Counted from the stretch's first letter, positions 43,003 through 58,462 are shown. The stretch: 64,000 nucleotides of DNA from Bacillota bacterium (GCA_035301265.1 DATGUP010000013.1:1803-65802), one strand, 5' to 3'. The notes: generated from the sequence alone by a model not told the origin. Program-made: numbers and translations.

Positions 43003-43541
43003 GTGGACAAATTGTAGCAAGGCGTTACGCAGATGCTCTTTTCCAGCTCGGCGACGAAAAAGGATCGCTCGATCAGCTTGTTGATGAGTTCCGTCTCATC
43101 AAAGATGTCTTTCAAGAAAACGAGCTGCAAGCCTTCCTGGCACATCCACGCGTTGCACTCGATAAAAAGTATGCGTTTTTAGATCGTGTATTTGCTGGGT
43201 TTTCCCGCGAATGTGTCAATACGATCAAACTGCTTGTCAAACGGCACCGCATTCATATCGTTCCATCTGTTGTCGATCACTTCATTCAGTTGGTCAACGA
43301 CGCACAAGGCATTGCCGAAGCAACGGTATATTCGGTTCGCCCGTTAAGCGATGAAGAGTTAAAACAGCTCGAAAAACCGATTGCCGACCGGTTTAATAAA
43401 CGTCGAATCGTATTTGAAAACATTGTTGACCCGTCGGTGCTCGGCGGTGTTAAAATTCGGATCGGCAATACGATTATGGATGGCAGTCTCGGCGGTAAAT
43501 TAAAACGTATCGAGCGACGGATTGTAACGGCGAACTATTGA
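42999..43541 (+). CDS. atpH: F0F1 ATP synthase subunit delta
   Basis: 180 aa with an ATGA overlap with atpF. OSCP family by position and pattern. Confidence 0.92.
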   Translation: MSGQIVARRYADALFQLGDEKGSLDQLVDEFRLIKDVFQENELQAFLAHPRVALDKKYAFLDRVFAGFSRECVNTIKLLVKRHRIHIVPSVVDHFIQLVNDAQGIAEATVYSVRPLSDEELKQLEKPIADRFNKRRIVFENIVDPSVLGGVKIRIGNTIMDGSLGGKLKRIERRIVTANY

Positions 43542-43553
43542 TGATAGGGGTGA

Positions 43554-45074
<1,521 letters not shown>

Positions 45075-45097
45075 TTCGTCAAGAAAACAGAGGGTGA

Positions 45098-46009
<912 letters not shown>

Positions 46010-46026
46010 TTGCTGAAAGTCAGTGA

Positions 46027-47460
<1,434 letters not shown>

Positions 47461-47472
47461 AAAAGGCTGTAG

Positions 47473-47946
<474 letters not shown>

Positions 47947-47951
47947 AACCA

Positions 47952-47988
47952 AAAAGTCCCTTGCAGCTTAGCTGTAAGGGACTTTTTT
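47952..47988. terminator. Bidirectional intrinsic terminator between atpC and the convergent YibE/F genes
   Basis: AAAAAGTCCCTTGCAGC-tta-GCTGTAAGGGACTTTTTT, with A/T runs on both sides. Confidence 0.9.
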
Positions 47989-47991
47989 GAA

Positions 47992-48765
47992 TCACGACTT
48001 AGGCGACTTGCTATGTATATGAACTAAATAATACGCGTTAATCCAAGCGGCGATAGGGATGATGAGAGCTATCCCAATCCCAGCACAACAGATCATGATC
48101 ATTTCCGCACTGAATATTTTGGAATTCACAATATCACCAAACGAATAGGATAAGTCTTTAAACCATAAAAGCAAGGCCATATAACCGCCAATGAAAGCGA
48201 AAAATAACGTGTTTGTATTGGAACCTAAAATGTCTTTACCAATCGTTAACCCTGATGCAAATAATGCTTGACGGCTGATCGTTGGATTGTGATTAAAAAT
48301 TTCGCGCATAGGCGATGTAATGGAAATCGCCACATCCGTAATTGCGCCGATCGTGCTCATAATGATCACCGCAGCCGCGATCTTGACGAAGTCGACGCCA
48401 ATGTATAGTGAAAAAATACTCAGTTCCTCGATCTCTTCTTCACCAAAACCATGAATCATTGCTTTTTTAGTGACGACGTATATAAACATAAACATGAATG
48501 CAATCGTGATGATGGTTGAGATAAAAGCTGTGACAGTCTTGCTGTTAACTTTATTGATGTAAAAGAGATTGATGGCACTGACTGCCGTACACGCGATCAT
48601 CGTCAAAAGGATAGGATTGGCATGGGGATCGATCATGATGAATACAGTAAGCAGCACGATGGTAAAATTGAAAAATAACGACATGAAAGACCGTGCTCCT
48701 TTTTTACCGCCTATGGCAACCATTAACAATAACAAAATGAGCGCTAGCAACACTAAAACATTCAT
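47992..48765 (-). CDS. YibE/F family integral membrane protein (small paralogue)
   Basis: 257 aa, polytopic, with the motif GLTIGKDILGSNTNTLFFAFIGGY shared with the upstream paralogue. The size pairing (about 257/387 aa) is typical of YibE/YibF pairs. I recognised the family from memory only. Confidence 0.6.
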   Translation of the reverse strand: MNVLVLLALILLLLMVAIGGKKGARSFMSLFFNFTIVLLTVFIMIDPHANPILLTMIACTAVSAINLFYINKVNSKTVTAFISTIITIAFMFMFIYVVTKKAMIHGFGEEEIEELSIFSLYIGVDFVKIAAAVIIMSTIGAITDVAISITSPMREIFNHNPTISRQALFASGLTIGKDILGSNTNTLFFAFIGGYMALLLWFKDLSYSFGDIVNSKIFSAEMIMICCAGIGIALIIPIAAWINAYYLVHIHSKSPKS

Positions 48766-49925
48766 GATTTTACCCTCTTTCGTTTAATGAAAAAGATGGA
48801 TGCATACAAGCCGATCGGGATGGTGATGACAATTCCAATACCGCCAGCAAGCGCCCGAGCCAATTCCAATGAAAGATTGATGGAAAGAGTGAATCCAAGC
48901 GGCGAGTAATTTTTGAAATATAGAATCAGCATGGGAATCGAACCGCTGATGTAGGCGAAAAATAATATATTCGCCATCGTTCCCATAATATCTTTACCAA
49001 TATCGAATCCGGCTGTCTTAAGCGCTTGAATCGATATGTTATGATCTTTTTGATAAAGCTCAAACAAAGCAGCGGAAATCGAAATGGCAACATCCATGAC
49101 GGCACCTAATGAGCCGATGAACAGCCCTGCCAAAAATACGAGTTTATACGGCCGGGTTAAAAATTGCATTTCTTCATAGTGCAGGCCGTTTTCTGATGTG
49201 ATCCACATGACAAGATAGGTGATGAACAATGATGCAAATGTGCCTAACAAAGTGGCGATAATCGCCGCATACGTTTTTTCATTACAGCCGTTAACGAGTA
49301 ACAAGGAAAGGACTGTGAATAAAACGACCGCTAGGCCACATATCCATAATAAATTTATATTCGTATTGACGTATATGTCCAAGGCAAATGACAAGAGAAT
49401 AATATTTATTGCTAAACTCAAACCGGCCAATAAACCTTGTTTTTTACCGACGAAAAGAAGTGTTACCATAAATATCCAGGTAACGATAACGATATATTTA
49501 TCGCGTTTAACGCCTGTTATATCTCCCGTTAACACCGTGTTTTCTCGTTCATCTTGATCAATGGAAACAAATACTTTATGTCCGGCTTGATACGGTTGAT
49601 CGTAAGCACCTGATGCTGAATATTCATTCACTAAATGGATCCGTTCTCCTTTTAACACACCGTTTGTTATTTCCGCTGTTATATGTTGTGTAAACAATTG
49701 ATCTTCATTATGGTAAGCATCCGTTATATCGGTTACATCTTCCAGTTCAGTGTCGATCACTTGAGCAATAGTCCGTTCGTACAACGCATCATTATGATCG
49801 ACAAATATAATGGAAGCGATAGCAACGCATGCTATGACGATATAAAATGAAAGGCGTTTATAAAGCGAACGTTTAAATAGGTAAATGATCCGCTCACCTC
49901 TATCATTTAGTTTTAAAGATGACAT
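48762..49925 (-). CDS. YibE/F family integral membrane protein (large paralogue with an N-terminal extracytoplasmic domain)
   Basis: 387 aa with one N-terminal TM helix, a roughly 110-aa loop and then a polytopic region containing AGFDIGKDIMGTMANILFFAYISGS. It has an ATGA overlap with the downstream gene. Confidence 0.6.
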   Translation of the reverse strand: MSSLKLNDRGERIIYLFKRSLYKRLSFYIVIACVAIASIIFVDHNDALYERTIAQVIDTELEDVTDITDAYHNEDQLFTQHITAEITNGVLKGERIHLVNEYSASGAYDQPYQAGHKVFVSIDQDERENTVLTGDITGVKRDKYIVIVTWIFMVTLLFVGKKQGLLAGLSLAINIILLSFALDIYVNTNINLLWICGLAVVLFTVLSLLLVNGCNEKTYAAIIATLLGTFASLFITYLVMWITSENGLHYEEMQFLTRPYKLVFLAGLFIGSLGAVMDVAISISAALFELYQKDHNISIQALKTAGFDIGKDIMGTMANILFFAYISGSIPMLILYFKNYSPLGFTLSINLSLELARALAGGIGIVITIPIGLYASIFFIKRKRVKS

Positions 49926-50114
49926 TAATGGTGGACATTAGGATAGCAAGGAATGGGACAAGGGTCAAGAAAAGGTTAAAAGTACTAATCAAATGGATAG
50001 CAAATCGTAAACTGTCGATATTACCCGGGAAATGAATGGATTTTTGTCACATGTTTTGTTGACATTTCCCTTTTTCCGTGGCAAAGTAGCAAGTAGTCAT
50101 AACGAGCACAAGGT

Positions 50115-50354
50115 GTGGTTAAGTTGTTTTCGATTGGACAGACGGCGCTTGTCAGTATTACTTCACATATTATTTTTATCCTCATCACTTGGCGCGTTCT
50201 TCAAGCGCTCAATGTCGACCCTCTTATACGTAAAGGCCGGGTCGTTGAAGCGCGGATATTGCTATTGTTTATTACTATTGTCGTTGGCAGTGGTGTCAGC
50301 CGGTTTTTCCTTGAGTTTCTCCAATGGTCACAAGAACTGATTTATTTATTTTAA
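50115..50354 (+). CDS. ywzB: DUF1146 family small membrane protein (YwzB-like)
   Basis: About 76-79 aa with two TM helices (GQTALVSITSHIIFILITWRVLQ...). It precedes ywmB-murAA as in B. subtilis. The start is either GTG 50115 or TTG 50124. Confidence 0.7.
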   Translation: MVKLFSIGQTALVSITSHIIFILITWRVLQALNVDPLIRKGRVVEARILLLFITIVVGSGVSRFFLEFLQWSQELIYLF

Positions 50355-50443
50355 ACACCGATAAAATCTACTATTCTATGATTCAAGTATAAGTCAAGGC
50401 CTCCTTGTTCATACTTATGCTAGATGAACGAGGAGGGTTTTTA

Positions 50444-51160
50444 ATGCGAAAGATTACTTTTGCCATATGTATATTGTTATTGATTATACCCGGGCGAACA
50501 GGCGCTGACCAACCAGCGAGCGATGCGCACGTTGCGTTAGCTCAATTTACGCAGGCGCATATCGGCGAGATTGACGATTGGAACGTTACGATAAAAGAAA
50601 ACATGGACCACGAAACAATAAACCAATGGATTGATGTGTTACGTGATAAAGACGGGGTGTCGGTTAAAGATGTCGAAAATGCGATTGAATACGTGTGGAC
50701 AAGCGGACAGCGAACAAACCATATATCCGAACATTATAAGATAATTTTACCAAAAAATACGAAACTTAAAGCCTCTTTTATTGTGACAATTACCGGGATG
50801 CAGTGGGATGAACGCGTACGGCAAGCTTACTTGCAGCGCAAACGAATGATACACGAACGTTTTTTTACCGATAATGCCCGTTTATTTGCTTGTTTATCAA
50901 CTGAGATCCATGATATAATCGAAAGTGTGTTTATAAAAAATAAGTTACGCGATGAACTGAAACTCGTTGATATATCTGTACAACATGACAATGTGAATGA
51001 CACGGTTCATAATACGTATGTATACGGGTATACCCCGTTATGGCATGAATACATGACTGTACTGGATAAGCCTGTCAATTTTCATATGGCCATAAACGAT
51101 AAGCAAAATGGCCCGGTAACATATACGATAGGCACACCGATCTTAATCAATGAATATTAA
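50444..51160 (+). CDS. ywmB: YwmB family protein (DUF1779, TATA-box-binding-like fold)
   Basis: ATG 50444 after GAGGAGGG, 238 aa with a signal peptide. It lies immediately upstream of murAA. Confidence 0.65.
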   Translation: MRKITFAICILLLIIPGRTGADQPASDAHVALAQFTQAHIGEIDDWNVTIKENMDHETINQWIDVLRDKDGVSVKDVENAIEYVWTSGQRTNHISEHYKIILPKNTKLKASFIVTITGMQWDERVRQAYLQRKRMIHERFFTDNARLFACLSTEIHDIIESVFIKNKLRDELKLVDISVQHDNVNDTVHNTYVYGYTPLWHEYMTVLDKPVNFHMAINDKQNGPVTYTIGTPILINEY

Positions 51161-51194
51161 TATAGTGATATCGGATCTGAAGGGGATTAGAAAT

Positions 51195-52523
51195 ATGGAT
51201 AAAATCATCGTACGAGGTGGGAGGCGGTTAAATGGAACCGTCAGAGTTGAAGGTGCAAAAAATGCCGTATTACCTGTCATAGCAGCAAGTATTCTTGCAA
51301 ATGAAGGAAAAACGATTGTTAAAGATGTTCCAGTCCTGGCTGATGTGTTTACGATTAATGAAGTGTTAAGAAATATGAATGTAAAAGTGCAATTTACAAA
51401 CAATACGATTACGATCGATGCAACAGAACCGTTGACAACAGAAGCACCGTTTGAATACGTTCGCAAAATGCGGGCATCTGTTTTAGTCCTCGGTCCGCTT
51501 CTGGCTCGCTACGGTCATGCCAAAGTGGCGATGCCGGGCGGTTGTGCCATCGGTTCTCGGCCGATTGACTTGCATTTAAAAGGATTTGAAGCAATGGGGG
51601 CGGAAGTCCATGTAGGCAATGGTTTTGTCGAGGCAAAGACGCCGAATGGACTTAATGGGGCAAAAATCTATCTCGATATGCCGAGCGTCGGTGCCACTGA
51701 AAATATTATGATGGCTGCGACTCTAGCTAAAGGGAAAACGGTTATCGAAAACTGTGCCAAAGAACCGGAAATCGTCGATCTGGCTAATTATTTGAATAAA
51801 ATGGGTGCAAAAATTGTCGGCGCTGGGACAGAGACGATTCGCATCGAAGGGGTGGAAAAATTGCATGGTGCTACCCATGCGATCATCCCGGATCGCATCG
51901 AGGCAGGAACCTTTATGGTCGCTGCGGCGATCACAGGTGGGAATATTTTCATCGAAAATGTAGAAAGCGAACATTTGCGTTCAGTCATATCCAAATTAGA
52001 AGAGATGAATGTTACAGTCAAAAAAGAAGGCAGTGGCATTCGGGTCATCGGTCCTGACAAACTGCAACCCACTGATATAAAAACATTGCCGCACCCGGGT
52101 TTTCCGACCGATATGCAGCCGCAGATGATGGCGCTTATGCTTAGTGCTCAAGGCACGAGTGTGATTACCGAAACGGTTTTTGAAAACCGCTTCATGCATG
52201 TTGAAGAGTTTCGACGTATGAACGCTCAGATGAAAATCGAAGGCCGCAGTGTCATCATTGAAGGATCAGATGCATTGCAAGGGGCTGAAGTGGCTGCAAC
52301 CGATTTGCGCGCTGCCTCTGCACTTATCTTGGCAGGTCTTAGGGCAGACGGTATCACACGTGTTACAGAATTACAGCATCTTGATCGTGGTTATGTCGAT
52401 TTTGCTGGCAAGCTGAAAGCCCTCGGTGCGAATATCGAGCGCATCGATGCATCAGGCCGTGTCGTTGAGCCATTTGCACAAACGGATCAAACAGGGAGCA
52501 ATATTGTTGCCGAATTACCTTAA
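51195..52523 (+). CDS. murAA: UDP-N-acetylglucosamine 1-carboxyvinyltransferase 1
   Basis: ATG 51195, 442 aa ([40 protein letters not shown]). Confidence 0.96.
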   Translation: MDKIIVRGGRRLNGTVRVEGAKNAVLPVIAASILANEGKTIVKDVPVLADVFTINEVLRNMNVKVQFTNNTITIDATEPLTTEAPFEYVRKMRASVLVLGPLLARYGHAKVAMPGGCAIGSRPIDLHLKGFEAMGAEVHVGNGFVEAKTPNGLNGAKIYLDMPSVGATENIMMAATLAKGKTVIENCAKEPEIVDLANYLNKMGAKIVGAGTETIRIEGVEKLHGATHAIIPDRIEAGTFMVAAAITGGNIFIENVESEHLRSVISKLEEMNVTVKKEGSGIRVIGPDKLQPTDIKTLPHPGFPTDMQPQMMALMLSAQGTSVITETVFENRFMHVEEFRRMNAQMKIEGRSVIIEGSDALQGAEVAATDLRAASALILAGLRADGITRVTELQHLDRGYVDFAGKLKALGANIERIDASGRVVEPFAQTDQTGSNIVAELP

Positions 52524-52531
52524 GCTTCAAG

Positions 52532-52568
52532 GCAGATCCCCGTGTACCCAACGGGGATCTGCTTTTTT
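52532..52568 (+). terminator. Intrinsic terminator after murAA (GCAGATCCCCG...CGGGGATCTGC + T6)
   Basis: 11-bp perfect stem. Confidence 0.92.
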
Positions 52569-52670
52569 ATGCTTAACTGCAAATGAATCATTGAATTTTG
52601 GAAAAAGTGTGTTAGAATGAATGAAACAAGCAGTCATGCGAATAGACTGAAAATAGTTGGGGACATAGCA

Positions 52671-52712
52671 TTGACTGATATAACTTTTTTAATAATATTG
52701 TAATCGCTTACA
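52671..52712 (+). promoter_or_regulatory. Peptide-transporter operon promoter (TTGACT-16-TAATAT) with an adjacent consensus cre site TGTAATCGCTTACA
   Basis: -35 at 52671..52676, -10 at 52693..52698. The cre at 52699..52712 matches TGWAANCGNTNWCA at every constrained position. Confidence 0.65.
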
Positions 52713-52783
52713 AATCGACAACTTTTTTAGATTTTTACCCAGAACGCCTTTTTTAGCCATAAACGGCATGGGGGGTGGGCAGC

Positions 52784-53722
52784 GTGCTACGCTATATATT
52801 CAAGCGCTTGTTTATCATGGTGATTACGATTTGGATCATCGTTACTTTGACGTTCATCCTGATGGTCAGTGTGCCTGGCTCGCCTTTTAACAACCCGGAT
52901 CAAAACATGAACGAGACCGTGCGAGAAAATCTCGAAAAACAATATAATCTCGACCAACCTTATGCGATTCGATATATACTTTATTTAAAGTCAGTCGTTA
53001 CACTTGATTTCGGCCCGTCGATCAAAAAGCCAAACGATACAGTGAACGATTTGCTCGGACGCGGGTTTCCGATTTCGTTTGAACTCGGTATGGTAACCAT
53101 CCTCGTTGCGGTTATCTCAGGGATTATTCTCGGCGTCATGGCTGCGCTTTGGCATAACGGCTTGATTGACTATATGGCGATGACGATTGCTGTGCTAGGC
53201 ATTTCTATTCCGAACTTTGTGTTAGCTGTGTTGCTCATACAAACCCTCGCGGTCAACGGGATTTTCCCGACAGCGCGCTGGGAAAGCCCTGTCCATATGG
53301 TCCTTCCTGTCATCGCTCTCGCCACAGGGCCGATGGCGATTATCGCTAGGCTTACGCGTTCAACAATGCTCGAAGTGCTCACGCAAGATTATATTAAAAT
53401 GGCCCGGGCGAAAGGGCTTTCGCCGTGGAAAATCGTCATTAAACATGCGTTGAAAAATGCTCTGATGCCGGTTGTAACAATTATGGGAACGCTGTTAGCT
53501 AGTATTTTGACCGGCACGTTTGTCATCGAAAAAATATTTGCGATCCCCGGCATGGGTAAATACTTTGTGGAAAGCATCAACCAACGTGACTATCCCGTCA
53601 TCATGGGAACGACCGTCTTTTATAGCGCTTTTTTAATCATCATGCTTTTTCTTGTCGATCTCGCATATGGCATTCTTGACCCGCGCATTCAAATACATAA
53701 GAAGGGCGGCGATCAAAAATGA
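52784..53722 (+). CDS. Oligopeptide/dipeptide ABC transporter permease (OppB/DppB type)
   Basis: I prefer the GTG start at 52784 (MLRYIFKRL...). The EAA-type motif region (KMARAKGLSPWKIVIKHALKNAL) is present. Confidence 0.92.
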   Translation: MLRYIFKRLFIMVITIWIIVTLTFILMVSVPGSPFNNPDQNMNETVRENLEKQYNLDQPYAIRYILYLKSVVTLDFGPSIKKPNDTVNDLLGRGFPISFELGMVTILVAVISGIILGVMAALWHNGLIDYMAMTIAVLGISIPNFVLAVLLIQTLAVNGIFPTARWESPVHMVLPVIALATGPMAIIARLTRSTMLEVLTQDYIKMARAKGLSPWKIVIKHALKNALMPVVTIMGTLLASILTGTFVIEKIFAIPGMGKYFVESINQRDYPVIMGTTVFYSAFLIIMLFLVDLAYGILDPRIQIHKKGGDQK

Positions 53723-54645
53723 AGCCGACACGTGTACCTGATGAATGGTTTAAATGGAAAGAAAAAAATCTCGAAATCGCCGAGACCGTCTCCCGTCCCT
53801 CTCTCTCGTATTGGCAAGATGCGTGGCGGCGACTTGTTAACAATAAATTGGCAATGACAGGATTAGTTTTCCTCATTCTGTTAGCTGGTATGGCTTTGTT
53901 TGGGCCGAAATTAACACCGTATTCAGTCAACATTCAAGATTTGCCCAATCAGTATCAACCCCCATCAACCAAGCATTGGTTTGGCACGGATAATTTAGGA
54001 CGCGATGTGTTTACGCGAACGTGGTACGGCGCGCGCATATCGCTTTTTGTCGGTTTGATGGCCGCCTTGATCGACTTTTTTGTCGGAGTCATCTACGGTG
54101 GAATCGCTGGTTACAAAGGTGGGCGGACCGATGAAGTGATGATGCGGATCATCGAGATTTTATACGGTTTGCCGTATTTGCTTGTAGTCATTCTGTTGCT
54201 TGTCGTATTAGGCCCGAGTTTGCTTACGATTATCATCGCTCTTTCGGTGACCGGTTGGGTTGGTATGGCGCGGATTGTTCGAGGTCAAGTATTACAGTTA
54301 AAAAATGAAGAATTCGTTCTCGCTTCGCAGTCGTTTGGAGCAACGACATGGCGGATTATTCGCAAAAACTTGCTCCCGAATACGATGGGCCCGATTATTG
54401 TACAAATGACACTGACGGTTCCGACTGCTATATTTGCCGAAGCCTTCTTAAGTTTTATCGGGCTCGGTATCCAGTCACCGTACGCGAGTTGGGGAGTGAT
54501 GGCGGATGATGCCCTTGGGGCGATTCTTTCCGGTCATTGGTGGACATTGTTTTTCCCGGCGTTTTTTATCTCGTTCACGATGTTTGCATTTAATGTGCTC
54601 GGTGATGGGCTACAGGATGCGCTCGATCCGAAATTGCGGAAGTAG
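53719..54645 (+). CDS. Oligopeptide/dipeptide ABC transporter permease (OppC/DppC type)
   Basis: 308 aa with an ATGA overlap with the upstream permease and a typical OppC N-terminal region. Confidence 0.92.
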   Translation: MKPTRVPDEWFKWKEKNLEIAETVSRPSLSYWQDAWRRLVNNKLAMTGLVFLILLAGMALFGPKLTPYSVNIQDLPNQYQPPSTKHWFGTDNLGRDVFTRTWYGARISLFVGLMAALIDFFVGVIYGGIAGYKGGRTDEVMMRIIEILYGLPYLLVVILLLVVLGPSLLTIIIALSVTGWVGMARIVRGQVLQLKNEEFVLASQSFGATTWRIIRKNLLPNTMGPIIVQMTLTVPTAIFAEAFLSFIGLGIQSPYASWGVMADDALGAILSGHWWTLFFPAFFISFTMFAFNVLGDGLQDALDPKLRK

Positions 54646-55659
54646 GTGGAACCATTGGAAAACGTGCTTGATATAAATGACTTACACGTAACATTTTCGA
54701 CGTATGGCGGAACGATTAAAGCCGTAAGAGGTGTCAGTTTTCGCATTCATAAAGGTGAAACATTGGCGCTTGTCGGGGAATCCGGGTGCGGAAAAAGCGT
54801 TACAGCCAATGCCATCATGCGTCTGATTCCGGATCCGCCGGGCAAGATTGCTCGCGGAAAAATCATGTTCAATGGGATGGATTTGGCGAGGCGAACCGAG
54901 CGAGAGATGCGCCGTATCCGTGGGGTCGATATTTCGATGATCTTCCAAGATCCGATGACGGCTTTGAACCCGACGCTTTCGATTGGAACACAACTACTGG
55001 AAGGTATTAAACACCATCGCAATCTGTCGACAAAGCAGGCGAAGCAAAAGGCGTTGGAGATGATGCATCTCGTCGGCATTCCTAATCCAGACGAACGTTT
55101 AAAGCACTACCCACATCAATTTAGCGGTGGCATGCGTCAGCGCATCGTGATCGCCATGGCGCTCATCTGTGAGCCACAGCTTCTGATTGCTGATGAGCCG
55201 ACAACCGCTCTCGATGTCACGATCCAAGCGCAAATTCTTGATTTATTTGCGCACATCCAGAAAGAAACAGGTGTAGCCATTATTCTCATCACCCACGATT
55301 TAGGCGTTGTTGCTCAAATTGCTGATCGGATCGCCGTTATGTATGCCGGTAAAATCATTGAAACAGGAACAAAACGAGACATTTTCTACAGGGCTGAACA
55401 TCCGTATACAAAAGGTTTATTACATTCGGTGCCGCGCCTTGATCGCAAAGAGGAGCAACTCATCCCGATTGACGGGACACCACCTGATTTATTCGCACCT
55501 CCACAAGGTTGTCCCTTTACAGCACGCTGTCCTTTTGCCATGGAGGTGTGTGATAAATTATATCCCGTTCATACAAGGCTATCGGCGACCCACCGAGTGG
55601 ACTGCTGGTTGCAGGATGAACGGGCGAAACAACTTCTGGCGCAAACAGCCGGAAAATAA
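54646..55659 (+). CDS. Oligopeptide ABC transporter ATP-binding protein (OppD type)
   Basis: Walker A GESGCGKS, signature FSGGMRQR, Walker [13 protein letters not shown], and the C-terminal oligopeptide/dipeptide domain with Cys motifs. Confidence 0.94.
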   Translation: MEPLENVLDINDLHVTFSTYGGTIKAVRGVSFRIHKGETLALVGESGCGKSVTANAIMRLIPDPPGKIARGKIMFNGMDLARRTEREMRRIRGVDISMIFQDPMTALNPTLSIGTQLLEGIKHHRNLSTKQAKQKALEMMHLVGIPNPDERLKHYPHQFSGGMRQRIVIAMALICEPQLLIADEPTTALDVTIQAQILDLFAHIQKETGVAIILITHDLGVVAQIADRIAVMYAGKIIETGTKRDIFYRAEHPYTKGLLHSVPRLDRKEEQLIPIDGTPPDLFAPPQGCPFTARCPFAMEVCDKLYPVHTRLSATHRVDCWLQDERAKQLLAQTAGK

Positions 55660-55671
55660 GGGGGAGAAACA

Positions 55672-57330
55672 ATGATGAAAAAGTGGTTTGGGATTGTGTT
55701 CGTCGTTTTGGCTGTTTCCTTTTTGGCGGCATGTACAGCCAATGAAAGTGCTGGTGAGGATGATGATGCAAATAACGAGGAAAGCGAGGACAATGCCGAG
55801 GTACAAGAAGAATCCGATGATATGGAAAAGGTCCTGTACATGAACAACGGAGAAGAGCCGTCATCATTCAACCCGCCTGTCGGTTTCGATTCGGTATCGT
55901 GGAATGCATTGAACAATTTGATGGAAGGGTTGACACGGCTCGGTGATGATCATACACCAGAGCCAGCGATGGCCGAGGATTGGGATATTTCCGATGACGG
56001 GATAACATACACCTTCTACATTCGCGATGATGCCAACTGGTCGAATGAAGATCCAGTAACCGCTGATGATTTCGTCTATGCTTGGACGAAATTATTGGAT
56101 CCAGAAACCGAATCACCTGCTTCATTTTTAGCTTTTTTAATTGAAAACGGCGAGGAATTTTATAATGGTGATGCATCTGCAGATGATCTTGGGTTGAAAG
56201 CTGTGGATGAAAAAACATTTGAAGTCGAGCTTAATGCGCCAGCGGGCTATTTCTTGCATGTCGTCACAAACCCTGCCTTTTTTCCCGTCAACAAAGCCGT
56301 CGCCGAAGATAACCCCGATTGGCATGCGGAAGCCGATTCATTTATCGGCAATGGGCCATTTGAGCTGGAATCCTGGGAGCATGATGACGAGTTTGTCATG
56401 GTGAAAAATGATGCGTATTGGGATGCCGAGTCTGTTCATCTGGACAAAATTCATTGGGCTATGGTGAATGAAACAACGACTGAATACCAGATGTTTGAAA
56501 ATGGTGAGCTCGATATGTCGAGTATTCCAGCGGAAATGTCAGATGAATTGATCGATGATGCAAACACCGTGATTGAAGATCAAGGTGGGCTTGAGTTTTA
56601 CCGGTTTAACGTCATGGAAGAACCGTTTACAAACGAAAAGATCCGAAGGGCGCTTGCCTTTGCAGTTGATCGGGAGGAAATGGCGGAATACGTTGTCAAA
56701 AACGGCGTTGAACCGGCGTTTGGCTTTGTGTCTCCCGGATTTCTCAACCCGTCGGATGAAGATTTTCGCGATGTGAATGGCGACTTGGTAACCTTTGATC
56801 CCGAGGCGGCAAAACAGTTGTTAGAAGAAGGAATGGAAGAAGAAGGTTATGAGGAGCTGCCGGAAATCACGCTTTCGTACAATACAAGTGAAGACAACAA
56901 AGCCGTTGCTGAAGCGTTGCAAGGCATGTTTGCAGAAAATCTCGATGTTGAAGTATCGTTGGAGAATAAGGAATGGAACGTATTCTCCGAGGAGCAAATG
57001 GACTTGGAGCTGCAATTTTCCCGCAGTTCGTTCCTGTTTGATTACGCCGACCCGATCAATTTCTTGGAAAGTTTTATTACCGATTCGTCGATGAATCGAA
57101 CCGGCTGGGATAATGAAGAATATAACGATTTGATCGCCAAGGCTAAGACGGAAAGCGACGAGAACGCGCGCTGGGAATACATGTACGAAGCGGAAAAACT
57201 GCTGGCAGAAGAAATGCCCATCCTTCCGATTCGTTATTACAATCAGGTAGTTATTCAAAACCCGGATATCTCTGGCATTGTGCGTCACCCAGTTGGCTAT
57301 ATTGAATTGAAACATGCCGATAAAAACTGA
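55672..57330 (+). CDS. Peptide ABC transporter substrate-binding lipoprotein (family 5 SBP, OppA/MppA-like)
   Basis: 552 aa with the lipobox LAAC, an acidic linker and an SBP_bac_5 pattern. Confidence 0.9.
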   Translation: MMKKWFGIVFVVLAVSFLAACTANESAGEDDDANNEESEDNAEVQEESDDMEKVLYMNNGEEPSSFNPPVGFDSVSWNALNNLMEGLTRLGDDHTPEPAMAEDWDISDDGITYTFYIRDDANWSNEDPVTADDFVYAWTKLLDPETESPASFLAFLIENGEEFYNGDASADDLGLKAVDEKTFEVELNAPAGYFLHVVTNPAFFPVNKAVAEDNPDWHAEADSFIGNGPFELESWEHDDEFVMVKNDAYWDAESVHLDKIHWAMVNETTTEYQMFENGELDMSSIPAEMSDELIDDANTVIEDQGGLEFYRFNVMEEPFTNEKIRRALAFAVDREEMAEYVVKNGVEPAFGFVSPGFLNPSDEDFRDVNGDLVTFDPEAAKQLLEEGMEEEGYEELPEITLSYNTSEDNKAVAEALQGMFAENLDVEVSLENKEWNVFSEEQMDLELQFSRSSFLFDYADPINFLESFITDSSMNRTGWDNEEYNDLIAKAKTESDENARWEYMYEAEKLLAEEMPILPIRYYNQVVIQNPDISGIVRHPVGYIELKHADKN

Positions 57331-57342
57331 CGAGTAGACGAG

Positions 57343-57383
57343 GGCCCATTTACATGTAGGCGTATTTGGGCCGTTCTTTTTTA
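57343..57383 (+). terminator. Hairpin plus T tract after the SBP gene (GGCCCA-17 nt-TGGGCC, then gttctttttt)
   Basis: 6-bp GC stem with a long loop; probably a partial terminator. Confidence 0.45.
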
Positions 57384-57474
57384 TCAAAAATGCAGAATTC
57401 TTATGATGGCTCCTTCGTTTTCTTATACGTTGTTGTGCGTATAACAATTGATGTTAAATAAAGGGATGAGCTCA

Positions 57475-58392
57475 ATGATATATCCAAAGCGATTGAAGCG
57501 TGGGGATACTATCGGCCTCATTGCACCGGCCGGACCGGTGGATGTGGACCGTTTAAATCAAGCAGTCGCTTTTTATGAAACCCTCGGGTTATGCGTCAAG
57601 CTCGGCCAGAATATTGATCGCGTTTACGGTTATTTGGCCGGAAGAGATACTGAGCGACTAGGCGATTTGCATGCGATGGTAGCCGACCCGACGGTCAAAG
57701 CGATTATGTTTGCCCGCGGCGGTTACGGCACAGGACGACTTGTATCCGATATCGATGAGGGATTGATACGCACCCATCCTAAAATTTTTTGGGGCTATAG
57801 CGATATCACTTATTTACATATAGCGATTCAAAAACGAACGGAATTGATCACTTTTCATGGGCCGATGGCTGTATCGGATGTTGCCAAAGCCACCTTTGAT
57901 CCGCTGTCGGCACGATTGTTTTCCCAACTGTTTGCACCAAGTACACTCATCTATGGTGAACAGATTGCTCCACTTCATGTCTATGCTCATGGTGAGGCTA
58001 AAGGGCGGCTTGCCGGTGGGAATTTATCGCTTATTATCAGCACGCTCGGCACGCCGGATGAAATAGATACAGATGGAAAGCTCCTTCTTTTAGAAGATAT
58101 TGGAGAAGAGCCCTACAAGATAGACGGCATGTTGAATCAACTCCAACGTTCTGGGAAATTAGCTGGGGCAGCTGGTATCGTGCTTGGTCATTTTACGCGC
58201 GCGCAACCGCACGTTAAGCCGTCGCTATTATTAAAGGAAGTGTTTAATGACTATTTCGCTCATCTTAACATCCCAGTCATCGGCGGTTTTGAAATCGGGC
58301 ATTCGCTGCCGAATCTTGCTGTTCCGCTTGGTGCTCGAGCTTATTTGTCCACAGATTCCAAACGGCTTGTCGTTGAACCTGGTGTCACTTAA
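57475..58392 (+). CDS. LD-carboxypeptidase (peptidase S66, LdcA/YkfA-like muramoyltetrapeptide carboxypeptidase)
   Basis: ATG 57475 after AAGGGA, 305 aa. The S66 pattern is present (GDTIGLIAPAGP, GYSDITYLH nucleophile Ser, and a C-terminal E..GH region, FEIGHSLPN). Confidence 0.85.
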   Translation: MIYPKRLKRGDTIGLIAPAGPVDVDRLNQAVAFYETLGLCVKLGQNIDRVYGYLAGRDTERLGDLHAMVADPTVKAIMFARGGYGTGRLVSDIDEGLIRTHPKIFWGYSDITYLHIAIQKRTELITFHGPMAVSDVAKATFDPLSARLFSQLFAPSTLIYGEQIAPLHVYAHGEAKGRLAGGNLSLIISTLGTPDEIDTDGKLLLLEDIGEEPYKIDGMLNQLQRSGKLAGAAGIVLGHFTRAQPHVKPSLLLKEVFNDYFAHLNIPVIGGFEIGHSLPNLAVPLGARAYLSTDSKRLVVEPGVT

Positions 58393-58462
58393 CGTCCATT
58401 GGCCGACTGTGCACTTTCATTCGTTATCTGTTAGTAATTGATGTCTTGAGAGGAGGAGGACT

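Noticed and set aside
50032-50340. 102-aa ORF overlapping ywzB
   Set aside because: It is an alternative frame of the DUF1146 gene. The ywzB frame gives the recognisable two-TM protein and fits the synteny.
56821-57447. 208-aa minus-strand ORF overlapping the 3' end of the SBP gene
   Set aside because: It is antisense to a well-supported lipoprotein gene, lacks an SD and has no recognisable domains.
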